Numbered from the stretch's first letter, positions 19,976 to 30,099 are shown. The stretch: 64,000 nucleotides of DNA from an uncultured Gemmatimonadales bacterium (GCA_963851265.1 CAWKNZ010000001.1:1-64000); one strand, 5' to 3'. The notes: generated by a model from the letters alone, not told the origin. A program made the numbers and translations.

Positions 19976-22900
19976 ATGACACCCCGATGGATCTGGCTCG
20001 CCGGTGTGGTGGCAGTCGCGACCGCCGCGCCCGGTCGGGCGCCGGCCGCGCAGGCGGCGTCCGACGTCCCGCCGCGCGCGGTCGTGCGCGAGGCCCTGCG
20101 CGCGGTCGAGGGCGACAGCGTCGCCGCCGCCCGCGCCCGCCTGGAGGCCCGGCTCCGCGCCGCGCCCGGGGACCGCGCCGCGGCGCTCGGACTCGCCTCG
20201 CTCGCGCGGTTCACCTACGACTATCCCGAGGCGGAACGGCGCTACGCCGCGCTGTACGACACCCTCGCCGTCGGCGGGCCCCTGGCCCCGGCCGCGGACG
20301 CGGTGGCGCGCTACGCCCTCCTCGGCGCGGCGTCGAGCCTGTACATGCGCGGCGAGGACGCGCGGAGCGTGCCCCTGTTCATGCGCGTCCGCGCGGCCGC
20401 CCACGCGGCGGGGGACCGTGCGCTCGAAGTGCAGACCCTCGGCCCTCTGGCGATGAAGCGCGGCGCGGCGCGTGGCGTCCCCGCGGGGTTGGCCCTGCTC
20501 GACACCGCGGACCGACTGGTGCCGCCCGGTGATGCCGCCCTCGCCGCGAGCCTGGCGTGGCGCCGCGTCATCTTTCTCGCCTTTCTGTCCGACCGCCGCG
20601 CGTCCACCGAGGGCACGCGCGCCCTCGCTCTCGCCCGCCGGGCCGCCGATCGCCGCGCCGAGGCCCAGGTGTGGCGGGCGCTCGCCGTGTACCACCACCT
20701 GCGGGCGGACGACGATTCCGCCCTCATCGCCTACGCCGCCGCGGAGCCGCTGATGCGCGCGAGCGGTGATCGTGGCGTGCTCGCCGAGACGCTCATCAAG
20801 CACGCCGACATCTATCGCGAGCGGAACGACTACACGCGCGCGCGGGCGCTCGCGACGCAGGCGGTCGCCGAGGCCGAGGCGTCGCACAGCCTGTACGCGC
20901 TCGCCGTGGCGCACGACGTCCTCGGCGGCCTCGAGCGCGTGTTCGGCAACCTGGCCGCGGCGGACGCCCACTACGAGGAGTCCGTGCGCCGGAGCGAGGC
21001 GCTCCGCGACTCGAACACGCTGATCGACGTGCGGGTGTCGCAGGCGAACCTCGCGGTCGAGCGCGGTGACGTCGCGCGCGCGCGGCGGTACGCGCTCGCG
21101 GTGCGTGCGTTCCACCACCGGACGGCCGACGCGCACGACGAGTTCGTGGCGCTGCGTACGCTCGCCGCCGTCGAGCGGCGCGCCGGCAACTACGCGGCGG
21201 CGCTCGCCTGGATCGACACGGCGCGGGCGCTCGCCGACGGGCCCGAGCGCCGCGCGTGGCGGCTGGAACTCGACCGCGACCGCGCGGCCGTCGCGTTCGC
21301 GCGGGGGGACCTGCCGCAGGCGCGGCAGCTCATCACCCGCGTGCTCGCGGTTCCGGACACGAGCGACCGGGTGACGCGTTATCGCATGCGCGAGCAGTTG
21401 GCCGAGGTGGACGCGCGGACGGGCGACCTGGCCGGGGCGGAGCGAGAGCTGACGGCCGCAGGGGCCGAACTGGACGCGTGGCGCGCGACGCTCTCGGATC
21501 GGCAGATGCGCGCGCTCGCCTTCCAGGCCCGCGGCGACATCGTCGGCGAGACGGGGAACAGCGCGCCGGCCGTGCTCGCCGCGCTCGCGGCGCACGGTCG
21601 CGAGGCGGCGGCGTTCGAGCTCGCCGAGCGTCGGCGCGCCCGCACGCTCGCCGACGAGCTGACGCGGACGGCGGCGCTCGCCGAGACGTCGGTCGCGGGC
21701 CGCCGCGCGGCCGGCGGTGCGATGGTCGCGCGCGCGGGATCCGCCCTGCCGGCCGCCGCGGCGCTCGTCGCCGACGGCCGGACCGCGCTGCTCGAGTTCG
21801 TCGCGGGGGACGGCGCGACGCCGACCACGCTGTTCGTCGTCACGCGCGGCACCGGCGCCGGGCCGACGGTGCGCGCCGCTCGGCTCGCGCCGGCCGACTC
21901 GCTCGCGCGGCGCGTCGCGCGGTTCACCGCGCTGCTCGAGGCGGGCGGCGACCCCGGCCCGCTCGCTCGGGCGCTCGGCGACGCGGTGCTCGCGCCCGCG
22001 CTGGCCGGGCTCGATCCGGGCGTCCAGCGGCTCGTCGTCGTCCCGGACGGCCCGCTGCACCTGCTGCCCTTCGACGCGCTCCGCACCGCGGATGGCCGCT
22101 ACGCCGTCGAGCGGTATGCGGTGAGCGTCGCGCCGTCGGCGGTGGTCGTGGCGGCCCTGCGCGGGCGCCCCGCCCCGCCGCCCCGACCGGTTCGGCTACT
22201 CGCCTTCGGCGACCCCGCGTTCGCGCCCGCGGGCGGTGCGCCCGCGGCCGGTGCGCCCGCGGGCCGTGCGCCCGTGGCGGGCGCGGCCGCCGCGCGGGCG
22301 CGCGACGCGGACGATGGGGGCGCGACCTTCCGGTCCGCGTTCGACTCGACCGGCGGCCTGCCCCGGCTCGCCGCGTCGGGCGACGAGGCACGCGATGTGG
22401 CGCGCTACGCCCCCGACGCGGTCGTGCGGGTCGGCGACGAGGCCACGGCCGCCTACCTCAAGCACGCCGCGCTGATGCCGTACGACGTCATCCATTTCGC
22501 GACGCACGCGCTCGTCGACGACCGCTCGATCGCCCGCACCTCGCTCGCCCTCGCCCCGGGTGACGGCGAGAGCGGATTCGTCTCGGCGGGCGACCTCGCC
22601 GCCCTGCACCTCACGGCACGGGTCGTCGTGCTTTCTGCGTGTCGCAGCGCTGGCGGTATTGTGGTGGATGGCGAGGGGGTGCAAGGGCTCACGGCCCCGC
22701 TGCTCGAAGCGGGGGCACAGTCGGTGGTCGCGACGCAGTGGCGCATCCGCGATCGTGGGACCGCGGCGTTCGTCGACCGGTTCTACGACCACCTCGCGCG
22801 CGGGCTGACGGTGGGCGACGCGCTGCGGGCGGCCAAGCGCGACGCGATCGCCCGGGGCGCCCCACCCGCGGAGTGGGCGGCGTTCACCGTCGTCGGCGAC

Positions 22901-23026
22901 CCGGCGGTGCGCGTCCCGCTCCGCACGCCCGGTGCACCCGCGCGCTGGCCGCTGCTCGCGGCCGGCGGTGCCACGCTGCTCGCCGTGGGCGGCCTGGCGC
23001 GCGCACGCCGGCGCCCGGCAGCCTGA
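19976..23026 (+). CDS. TPR-repeat CHAT (caspase-like) protease with signal peptide and C-terminal TM anchor
   Basis: Helical repeats, AFELAERRRARTL, VVVPDGPLHLLPFDAL, LPRLAASGDEA, catalytic HFATHA and VVLSAC, SVVATQW, WAAF. Both termini are hydrophobic. Confidence 0.9.
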   Translation: MTPRWIWLAGVVAVATAAPGRAPAAQAASDVPPRAVVREALRAVEGDSVAAARARLEARLRAAPGDRAAALGLASLARFTYDYPEAERRYAALYDTLAVGGPLAPAADAVARYALLGAASSLYMRGEDARSVPLFMRVRAAAHAAGDRALEVQTLGPLAMKRGAARGVPAGLALLDTADRLVPPGDAALAASLAWRRVIFLAFLSDRRASTEGTRALALARRAADRRAEAQVWRALAVYHHLRADDDSALIAYAAAEPLMRASGDRGVLAETLIKHADIYRERNDYTRARALATQAVAEAEASHSLYALAVAHDVLGGLERVFGNLAAADAHYEESVRRSEALRDSNTLIDVRVSQANLAVERGDVARARRYALAVRAFHHRTADAHDEFVALRTLAAVERRAGNYAAALAWIDTARALADGPERRAWRLELDRDRAAVAFARGDLPQARQLITRVLAVPDTSDRVTRYRMREQLAEVDARTGDLAGAERELTAAGAELDAWRATLSDRQMRALAFQARGDIVGETGNSAPAVLAALAAHGREAAAFELAERRRARTLADELTRTAALAETSVAGRRAAGGAMVARAGSALPAAAALVADGRTALLEFVAGDGATPTTLFVVTRGTGAGPTVRAARLAPADSLARRVARFTALLEAGGDPGPLARALGDAVLAPALAGLDPGVQRLVVVPDGPLHLLPFDALRTADGRYAVERYAVSVAPSAVVVAALRGRPAPPPRPVRLLAFGDPAFAPAGGAPAAGAPAGRAPVAGAAAARARDADDGGATFRSAFDSTGGLPRLAASGDEARDVARYAPDAVVRVGDEATAAYLKHAALMPYDVIHFATHALVDDRSIARTSLALAPGDGESGFVSAGDLAALHLTARVVVLSACRSAGGIVVDGEGVQGLTAPLLEAGAQSVVATQWRIRDRGTAAFVDRFYDHLARGLTVGDALRAAKRDAIARGAPPAEWAAFTVVGDPAVRVPLRTPGAPARWPLLAAGGATLLAVGGLARARRRPAA

Positions 23027-23133
23027 CGACGGCCTACCCGGGCGTCGTCGGGCCCGGGCCGAGCGGCTCCGGCAGGTCAGGGCACGAACATCGATCTCGC
23101 ACGTGAGCCTCCGGCGCGGCTGGAACGCGACGA

Positions 23134-23796
23134 CTACCGGGCGACGGCGACGAGGCCGAGGGGGACGTCGCGCCAGCCGCGCCAGGCGTGCACGCCGCCT
23201 TGCCCATCCCGCAGGAGCAGTTGCCCCGAGATCCCACCGTCGAGCAGCGCGGCCGTCTCGCAGCCGAGCGCACCCATCAGCGCCGCCATCTCGGGCACGG
23301 TCAGCCCCACGGGGAGCTGCGACAGTGGCCCGCTCAGCGCGTCGAAGCGCGTGAGCGCGAGGAGCAGTCGTCCGTCGCGCAGGCGGCCGATGGCGAGGCG
23401 CGAGTCGCGGTCGGCGAGGTCGATGTTCGGGCCGTCGTGCCGAAGCAGGGTGGGCACCTCGCCACCCGGGAGCAGCAGCGCGGGGTAGGTCTGGAACGCC
23501 TCGCGTACGCCGCCGGCCTCGCGCACCGCGTCGACGCTGTCGTTTGGGACGAGGCGCACGCGACCGGCGGTGTCGACGACCACGGCGACGGCGAGCGGCC
23601 CGTGCCCGGGTGGCTTGAGTTCGGCGCCGCGACGCACCACCCACCCCTTCTGGGCGGCGGTACGGGCGATCATTCCGCGCAGCCCGCCGAACTGGGCTGC
23701 GGCACGCGCGGGCGCGAGCGCGGCGCCCGCGGCGAGGGCGAGCGAGACGAGGAGGGTGGCGCGCGTCGGGATCGGGTGGGGAGAGCGGCGGGACAC
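23134..23796 (-). CDS. Phosphodiester glycosidase (DUF2233/NAGPA)-like protein, apparently missing its N-terminal part
   Basis: AFQTYPALL, RDSRLAIG, LTVPEMAALMGALGCETAALLDGGISGQL, preceded by a signal peptide. Confidence 0.65.
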   Translation of the reverse strand: MSRRSPHPIPTRATLLVSLALAAGAALAPARAAAQFGGLRGMIARTAAQKGWVVRRGAELKPPGHGPLAVAVVVDTAGRVRLVPNDSVDAVREAGGVREAFQTYPALLLPGGEVPTLLRHDGPNIDLADRDSRLAIGRLRDGRLLLALTRFDALSGPLSQLPVGLTVPEMAALMGALGCETAALLDGGISGQLLLRDGQGGVHAWRGWRDVPLGLVAVAR

Positions 23797-23846
23797 GACC
23801 CGGGTGGTGTGGGGAGAGCGCGTGAGGCGGAGGTCGGGTTGCGCGC

Positions 23847-25085
23847 TCACTGCCGGACGAGCTCCACGCGCCGGTTCGTCTGCCGCCCCTCGGCCGTGGT
23901 GTTGGGCGCGGCCGGCTTGCCCGCGCCCATCCCCGTGGCCGTGAGCCGCGCGCCGTCGGCGTGGTAGGTGCCGACGAGCGCCTGCTTCACGGCGTCGGCG
24001 CGGCGCTGCGACAGCGCCTGGTTCGCGGCGGCGTCGCCCACGTTGTCCGTATGGCCCTCGATGGTCAGCTTCAAATCGGGGTGGTCGGCGAGCATCGCGC
24101 CGATCTCCTTCAGCGTGGGCGAGCTCTCGGGGCGGATCTGGTCGGAGGCGGTGGCGAAGTAGATGCCCTGCGTCGCGACGCGCCCGGCGGCGGCGAGCGC
24201 GTCGTAGAGCGGCCGCCCGCCGGCCATCACGCGGAGGTTGGCGAGCATCACCGCCGAGTTGGTGCCGTCGCCGCCCATGGTCACGTAGAGCTTGTTGGAG
24301 CGTTGCAGGCGCGCGTTGGGCACGTTGGCGACGCGCTTCTCGTTCACGTACGCCTTGGCGTAGTCGCCGTCCACCTGGATCGCCACGTGCACCGGGGTGG
24401 TGAACGTCGAGAAGCCGAGCGAAGTGGTCGCGTCGCGGTCGGAGCCCTTGATCCCCGCCTGCCAGTCGTAGAAGTAGAACCAGTCGGTGTTCTGCGGGTG
24501 CCGCTCGACGCCGTTCTTGGGGTCGGCGCTCAGCTCCACGACGTGCCCGCCCGCCATGTCGAACTCGATCGTGTAGCGCTGCGGCAGGACCTGGCCGAGC
24601 GGGACGCGGAAGTGGGCGTCGTCGCGGGTCGACAGCCAGCGCCTGCCCTGCCACTCGACGAGTTCCGCCGACCCGTCCTTGAACTCCAGCCGGCGCGGGA
24701 AGTTGCCGACCACGTCCTGCGAGAAGTCGTCGGCGAAGAGCGTCTTCTCGCCGGGCTTGAAGTCGTAGTTGGCCCACGCGCCCTCGCCGGGCTTCGCCGC
24801 GGCGGTCGTGCCGTTAGGCGCGGCGGAGTCGCGGACGATCGTCACCGTCTTGCCGGCGGCCGTGGCGGAGTCGGCGCACGCCGCGTCCCCCACCGCGCAC
24901 CGCACCGCGCGGTCGGCCTTCTTCGTGGCCGTCTGGGTCGCGGCGTTGCCCGCGGCGTCGCCCGCCTGCCCGACCGCCCCCTTGGCTTTGTCCTTGACCT
25001 TGTTGAGCCACCCCTGGGCGTGCGCGGGGGCGGCGGCGAGGGCGAGTGTGGCGACGACGGTGACCAGGGCTCTGGGGCGCGACAT
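23847..25085 (-). CDS. OmpA-family peptidoglycan-binding protein
   Basis: Signal peptide, NYDFKPGEKTLFADDF, IYFATASDQI, IEGHTDNVG...NQALSQRRADAV...NRRVEL. Confidence 0.92.
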   Translation of the reverse strand: MSRPRALVTVVATLALAAAPAHAQGWLNKVKDKAKGAVGQAGDAAGNAATQTATKKADRAVRCAVGDAACADSATAAGKTVTIVRDSAAPNGTTAAAKPGEGAWANYDFKPGEKTLFADDFSQDVVGNFPRRLEFKDGSAELVEWQGRRWLSTRDDAHFRVPLGQVLPQRYTIEFDMAGGHVVELSADPKNGVERHPQNTDWFYFYDWQAGIKGSDRDATTSLGFSTFTTPVHVAIQVDGDYAKAYVNEKRVANVPNARLQRSNKLYVTMGGDGTNSAVMLANLRVMAGGRPLYDALAAAGRVATQGIYFATASDQIRPESSPTLKEIGAMLADHPDLKLTIEGHTDNVGDAAANQALSQRRADAVKQALVGTYHADGARLTATGMGAGKPAAPNTTAEGRQTNRRVELVRQ

Positions 25086-25256
25086 GGGCGGGGGCCTCGA
25101 AGGGGGCGAGCAGAAAGGATCCAGCGGACCGATCCGCCGGCTGCGGCGTCGTGCGCGCCGCGTTGCCCCATGTGACGCACCCGCACCGCGCGGATTCTCA
25201 CTCCCCCGCCGCCTCCCACGCGGCCGCGCACGGCCGCGGCCGCGCGCTCCTTCAGG

Positions 25257-25952
25257 TCACCGCCGCGCGACCCGAAGGGGGCGCAGCGCCGACCGGCGCG
25301 CCGCGGCGCCGTCGTCGCCCACCGCGCTCACCCACCACCGGTAGGTCGTGCCCGGGGCGAGGCGGCGCGCGTCCGCCAGCGCGAAGACCGTATCGGCGGT
25401 GGTGCCCGACGCCACGGCCGCACCGTCCGCCGCCAGCACTTCGACCTCGTAGCGCGTGGCCCGCGGCACGGCATGCCAGACGAAGCGGAGCGGCGCGCCC
25501 GCGGGCACGTCGCCGGGCGCGGGCGCGACGAGCGCCACGGCGTCCCCCGCGCCGCGTTCGAGGTCCGTGTCACCACGCGCCCGGTACTGGCGGACGCCGA
25601 CCGCGAGGACGAGCGACGCGGCGACGGCGAGGCCGACCCCGCCCGGCCACCGCCGCAGCGCGGGCGCGATGCGCGCGGGGCGCAGCGGTCGGACGATCGC
25701 TCCCTCCCCCTCCACGAGCTGCCGCCCGGCCGTCTCGACCGAGCGCAGCATGTCGAACTCCGCGCGGCAGCGCGCGCAGCTCATGACGTGGTCGAGCACG
25801 GCCAGGCGGCGTGCCTCGGGCCCCTCGCCGCGGACGAGCGTGAGGATGTCCTCGAGCGACGCACACGCGTCCGACGTCGGCCCGCGTGCGTCGGGCGGTT
25901 GCGCGCGGCGCAGGTGCGCGGCGTACGCGTCGCGCAGCTCGTCATCCGTCAT
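25257..25952 (-). CDS. Zinc-finger (HxxxCxxC) membrane anti-sigma factor
   Basis: LDHVMSCARC, TM GLAVAASLVLAVGV, beta-rich C-terminal domain. Start overlaps the sigma gene stop (ATGA). Confidence 0.85.
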   Translation of the reverse strand: MTDDELRDAYAAHLRRAQPPDARGPTSDACASLEDILTLVRGEGPEARRLAVLDHVMSCARCRAEFDMLRSVETAGRQLVEGEGAIVRPLRPARIAPALRRWPGGVGLAVAASLVLAVGVRQYRARGDTDLERGAGDAVALVAPAPGDVPAGAPLRFVWHAVPRATRYEVEVLAADGAAVASGTTADTVFALADARRLAPGTTYRWWVSAVGDDGAAARRSALRPLRVARR

Positions 25953-26500
25953 CGGGTCCCTCTCGGGTCGACGCCCCACTCGGCGAGCCGCGCGCGTAAG
26001 TCATCGAGTCCGCGGTAGAGCAGGTTACGGGTCTTGGGTTCCGTCCAGCCGAGCAGGGCGGCGATCTCCTCGCGCGGATAGCCGGCGAGGTACATGCGCA
26101 CGACCGGCCGGCGCGAGGCCGGGATGGTTTCGATCGCACGCGCAACGGTGGCGGCGAGCTCCGACGCGGCGAGTTCCTCCTCGGGTCCCCCGCGCGCGGC
26201 CGTGTGGGCGAGCGCGGCGGGCCCCGAGTCGTGCGCGTCGGCCCGACGCGCCCGGCGGCGTCGCATCAGGTCGAGCGCGGCCGACACCGCGGTCTGGTAC
26301 ACGTAAGACGCGGAGACCGCGTCGATCTTCTCGCCGTCGTCGGCGTGCACGCGCCAGAGGCGGACGCGGACCTCCTGGAGCAGCTCGTCGACGTCGGCGC
26401 CGGACAGCCGGTGGCGCCACCCCACGCGGCGGACGAGCGCCGCGAAGTTGGAAACGACGGTCTCGATTGCCGTCGAGGCCGAGGCGGGGGCGCGCGACAT
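25949..26500 (-). CDS. ECF sigma-70 factor
   Basis: DVDELLQEVRVRLW, YVYQTAVSAALDLMRRR, GYPREEIAALLGWTEPKTRNLLYRG. Confidence 0.93.
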   Translation of the reverse strand: MSRAPASASTAIETVVSNFAALVRRVGWRHRLSGADVDELLQEVRVRLWRVHADDGEKIDAVSASYVYQTAVSAALDLMRRRRARRADAHDSGPAALAHTAARGGPEEELAASELAATVARAIETIPASRRPVVRMYLAGYPREEIAALLGWTEPKTRNLLYRGLDDLRARLAEWGVDPRGTR

Positions 26501-26580
26501 ACGGGGGGCGAAGGTATAACGTGACGCGCGACGCGTGGCGTACCTCGTGCACGCGGGCCCGTCCTCTCCTACTTCAATCC

Positions 26581-27720
26581 GTGATCGTTCGTCACACCCT
26601 GTCGCTCCGCCGCGCCTTCGCGACGGTCGGCCGTCCCTTGATCCTCTACACGGCCATCGCGGCCGTGGTCAGCGCGGCACACGTCGCGGGGTGGCATCAG
26701 GTCGACGTGCCGGCGCTGCCGATCTCGCTCATCGCCGCGACGCTCGGCATTCTGCTCGGCTTTCGGAACAACTCCGGCTACAACCGCTGGTGGGAGGCGC
26801 GCACGCTCTGGGGCGGCGTGGTGAACCAGTCGCGGACGTTCGCCCGCCAGCTGCTCACCTTGCTGCCCGCCGAGGCGCCGTCTGCCGTCGCGGTGGAGGG
26901 CGAGCGCCGGGCCGCGGTCGCGTCGCTCGTTCCCTCGCCGCTGCTCGAGACCGCGCTCGCGGGCGCCGGAGCGGCCGAGCGGCGGAGCGACGACGGGTTC
27001 GACGGCGCGGTGCGTGATCGCGACGGGGCGGCCCGCCGCGCGTCGATCCCGGCGGCTCCGTCGGGTGTCACGCGCGCGGACGGCGGCGCGACGTCCGCCG
27101 GGGCCGCGCCGGCGAGCGCGGTGGATGCCGAGGTGCGCGAGCTGGTGTACGCGCAGATCGGGTTCGTCAACGCGCTGCGCTGTCACCTGCGGCGCGAGGA
27201 CCCGATCCCCGCGATCGCGCCCTTCTTCGCGCCGGCCGTGGTCGACGCGATGCGCGGCGAGCAGAACGTGCCGGCCGCGGTGCTCGCCTGGACCGCCACC
27301 CGGCTGCGCCGCGTGCTCGACGGCCGCCGCGCCGACGACACCTTCCGCCTCGTCGCGTTCGACCGCACGCTCACCGAGCTGACCAACCTGCTCGGCGGGT
27401 GCGAGCGCATCAAGAACACGCCGGTCCCGCGGCCCTACGACTGGCTGCCCAACGTGATGGTGCGGCTCTACCTCCTCATCCTGCCGCTCGGCATGGTCGT
27501 GGACCTGGGGCTCCTCACCCCGGTGGTGACGGCCGTGATCGGGCTCCTCTTCCTGGGGCTCGACGCCGTCGGGCGGGCGGTCGAGACGCCGTTCGAGGGC
27601 GAGGCGAACGACACGCCGATGACCGCCCTCTGCCGCACCATCGAGATCAACCTGCGCCAGATGCTCGGCGAGCGCGAGCTGCCCCCTCCCGTGCAGCCGG
27701 TGGACGGGATTCTCTACTGA
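26581..27720 (+). CDS. Bestrophin-family ion channel with a low-complexity insertion
   Basis: LLGFRNNSGYNRWWEARTLWG, GGCERIKNTPVP, ETPF...NDTPMTALCRTIEINL. Confidence 0.92.
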   Translation: MIVRHTLSLRRAFATVGRPLILYTAIAAVVSAAHVAGWHQVDVPALPISLIAATLGILLGFRNNSGYNRWWEARTLWGGVVNQSRTFARQLLTLLPAEAPSAVAVEGERRAAVASLVPSPLLETALAGAGAAERRSDDGFDGAVRDRDGAARRASIPAAPSGVTRADGGATSAGAAPASAVDAEVRELVYAQIGFVNALRCHLRREDPIPAIAPFFAPAVVDAMRGEQNVPAAVLAWTATRLRRVLDGRRADDTFRLVAFDRTLTELTNLLGGCERIKNTPVPRPYDWLPNVMVRLYLLILPLGMVVDLGLLTPVVTAVIGLLFLGLDAVGRAVETPFEGEANDTPMTALCRTIEINLRQMLGERELPPPVQPVDGILY

Positions 27721-27771
27721 CTTCGGCGGGCGCGCATTCGTGCGCCCGCCGCTCCTCTCGTTCTCTCGCTC

Positions 27772-28314
27772 ATGCCAACTGCCGCCGTGTCCCGACCGGG
27801 CACGTCTCTCGTCCCGCTCGCGCTGGCCACGTGCTGCGCCCTCGTCCTCACCGCGGCCGCCGGCGCGGGCGCGCAGGCGCGGCCCAAGCGCGGCGCCACG
27901 CCGGCCACCCGCGCCGCGACCGTCGCGCGCGCCACGCGTCCCGAGTCGACGTACATCGGCTCGCAGGTGGACACGCTCGCCGAGCCAAACCCGGTGACGT
28001 TCGTTCCACAGTACCCGCCGGCGCTTCGGGCGAAGGGCGTGACCGGGACGGTGGTCGTGCAGTTCGTCGTCGACACGAACGGGCGCCCCGAGATGCGGAC
28101 GTTCAAGGTGCTCTCCAGCACCGACACCGCCTTCACGACGGCGGTGCGCGCCGCGGTGGCCCGGACGGACTTCCTGCCGGCGCTGCTCGACGGGCGCAAG
28201 GTGCGGCAGCTGTACCAGCAGCCGTTCACCTTCGCGGTGGATCAGGTGGCGCGGCCGAGGACGCGGGACACGTCGGCGGTGCGCCCGGCGTCGACGGCGG
28301 GTTCGCCGCCGTAA
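27772..28314 (+). CDS. TonB C-terminal domain protein
   Basis: PQYPPALRAKGVTGTVVVQFVVDTNGR...FLPALLDGRKVRQLYQQPFTF. Confidence 0.88.
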   Translation: MPTAAVSRPGTSLVPLALATCCALVLTAAAGAGAQARPKRGATPATRAATVARATRPESTYIGSQVDTLAEPNPVTFVPQYPPALRAKGVTGTVVVQFVVDTNGRPEMRTFKVLSSTDTAFTTAVRAAVARTDFLPALLDGRKVRQLYQQPFTFAVDQVARPRTRDTSAVRPASTAGSPP

Positions 28315-28366
28315 GTCGCACGGCGCACCTTCGCGCCTGCGTTTTTCTCTTGTTGGGGTGGCAGCC

Positions 28367-28904
28367 ATGTCGAGCACCGTCGTCCACGATCCCGTACGTC
28401 CGCGCGCCGCGGTCGCCGCGTCAGGTGCGCGCCCGGTAAGCGCGCGGCCGGTAAGCGCGCGCGCCGGTAAGCGCACGCCGGCCGGCGGGGGCCGCGTGGC
28501 ACGCCCTACCGTGGACGACGGCGCTGGTCGTCGGCGGCGTCGCGGCCTGTGTCGGGGCCGGCGTGCTCGCCATGCCGGGATCCGCGGCGCGGATCGCCGC
28601 GGATCCCGACCTCGCCCGCCTGCTGCGGGCGATGGCCCTCATCAAGGGCATGCTCGTCGCGCTCGGCGCGGGCGCCGTGGGGTGGAGATTCCGGCGCCCG
28701 ACGCCGTGGCCTTTCGCGGCCGCGTACCTCGGGCTGGTCTGGGCGGCGTGCGCGGCCACCGGGGCCCTCTGGCAGCTCGCCGGCGTCGGCCGTGCCGCGG
28801 TCGCGCTGCACGCGGCGGGCGCGCTCCTCGTCGTGCTGGCGTGGCGGGACCGCGAGTTCTTTCCGCGGCCGGCTCAGCAGAGAGCCGGCGCAGCTCCGGA
28901 CTAG
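28367..28904 (+). CDS. Hypothetical membrane protein, frameshifted inside a tandem repeat
   Basis: MSSTVVHDP...(PVSAR)n joins WTTALVVGG...DPDLARLLRAMALIKG if one base is removed near 28460. Confidence 0.55.
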
Positions 28905-29920
28905 AACTCCCCCACCATCCCGATCTCCGTCTCGAGACGGTGCCCCGTCTCGCGCTCCACCGCGTTCTGTGCGAGCGCGATCAACTCCCGCACGTCTTTC
29001 GCCGTGGCCCGGCCGCGGTTGACGATGATGTTGGCGTGCAGCGGCGAGATCTGCGCGCCGCCGTGGCGGTGCCCCTTCATCCCCACCTGGTCCACGAGCC
29101 GCCCCGCGCCCACCCCGTCGAGCTTCTTGAAGATCGAGCCCGCGCTCGGGTGGATCTGCAGCCACGGGTGGCGCGCGCCGCGCCAGCTCAGATTCTCGTG
29201 CAGGATGCGGTGCATGCGGTCCACGTCGCCGCGTGTGAGGCGGAAGGTGGCCGAGAGGACGATGTCGCGCCGGTGGTGGAACACGGTGTCGTCGTAGCCG
29301 AAGGCGACGTACGCGGCGTCGACCGCCTTGCGCTCGTTCTCTTCGGAGAGGATGTCGGCCGACTCGAACACGTCGGCGATGAACATCGTGCGGTCGCGTT
29401 CGGGGGCGGGGGAGAGGAAGTGCAGGTTCTGCCATACCGCACCGCCCACCGTGCTCGGGATCCCGATGAAATGTTCGAGCCCACTCCACCCGCGCTCGAC
29501 GGCGTCGAGGATGAGGTCCTGCATCACCGCGCCGCTCTCCGCGACCAGGTCGGCGCGTTCGCCGCTCGCGCGGAAGCGGAAGTGGTCGGCGCGGTTCCGG
29601 ATGACGAGGCCGCGATAGCCGCGGTCGCCGACGAGGATGTTGGCGCCGAGCCCGAGGAGGAAGTACGGCAGCCCGAGTTCGCGGGCGGCGAGGACGGCCG
29701 CGGCGAGTTCGTCGGCGCTGCGGGCGGTGTAGAGGGCGTCGGCCGGACCCCCGATCCGGAACGACGTGTACTGGGCGAGCGCGACGCGCCGCCGCACGCG
29801 CCCGGCGCCGAGCCGGGCGTCGAGCGCGGCGAGGGTGTCGGGACGAAGCGGGAGGGATGGCGCCGGCGCGGATGGCGCGGGCGGGGAAGGTACGGCGGTC
29901 GATGACGGTGCGGCGGACAT
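28901..29920 (-). CDS. murB: UDP-N-acetylenolpyruvoylglucosamine reductase
   Basis: LAQYTSFRIGGPAD, LLGLGANILVGD, GLEHFIGIPSTVGGAV, PSAGSIFK, HANIIVN, LETEI. Confidence 0.95.
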   Translation of the reverse strand: MSAAPSSTAVPSPPAPSAPAPSLPLRPDTLAALDARLGAGRVRRRVALAQYTSFRIGGPADALYTARSADELAAAVLAARELGLPYFLLGLGANILVGDRGYRGLVIRNRADHFRFRASGERADLVAESGAVMQDLILDAVERGWSGLEHFIGIPSTVGGAVWQNLHFLSPAPERDRTMFIADVFESADILSEENERKAVDAAYVAFGYDDTVFHHRRDIVLSATFRLTRGDVDRMHRILHENLSWRGARHPWLQIHPSAGSIFKKLDGVGAGRLVDQVGMKGHRHGGAQISPLHANIIVNRGRATAKDVRELIALAQNAVERETGHRLETEIGMVGEF

Positions 29921-30002
29921 GCGCGTAAAGGAAGTCGCGACAGGCGCATCGAGCCACCAGAGCCGTGCGCCTTCGTGCCGGCTCCCGCGCCAGCCCCGGC
30001 GC

Positions 30003-30047
30003 GCCGAGCGGAGCGCGAGCCCTCCTCGGCTCCTCGCTCCGCTCGGC
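30003..30047. repeat. REP-like intergenic inverted repeat
   Basis: Perfect 13-bp IR: GCCGAGCGGAGCG (30003-30015) and CGCTCCGCTCGGC (30035-30047). Confidence 0.55.
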
Positions 30048-30099
30048 ACGACACGCGCGCTTCTGGTGTTGCACCTTACCTCCGCATCCGCCGTCTCTC

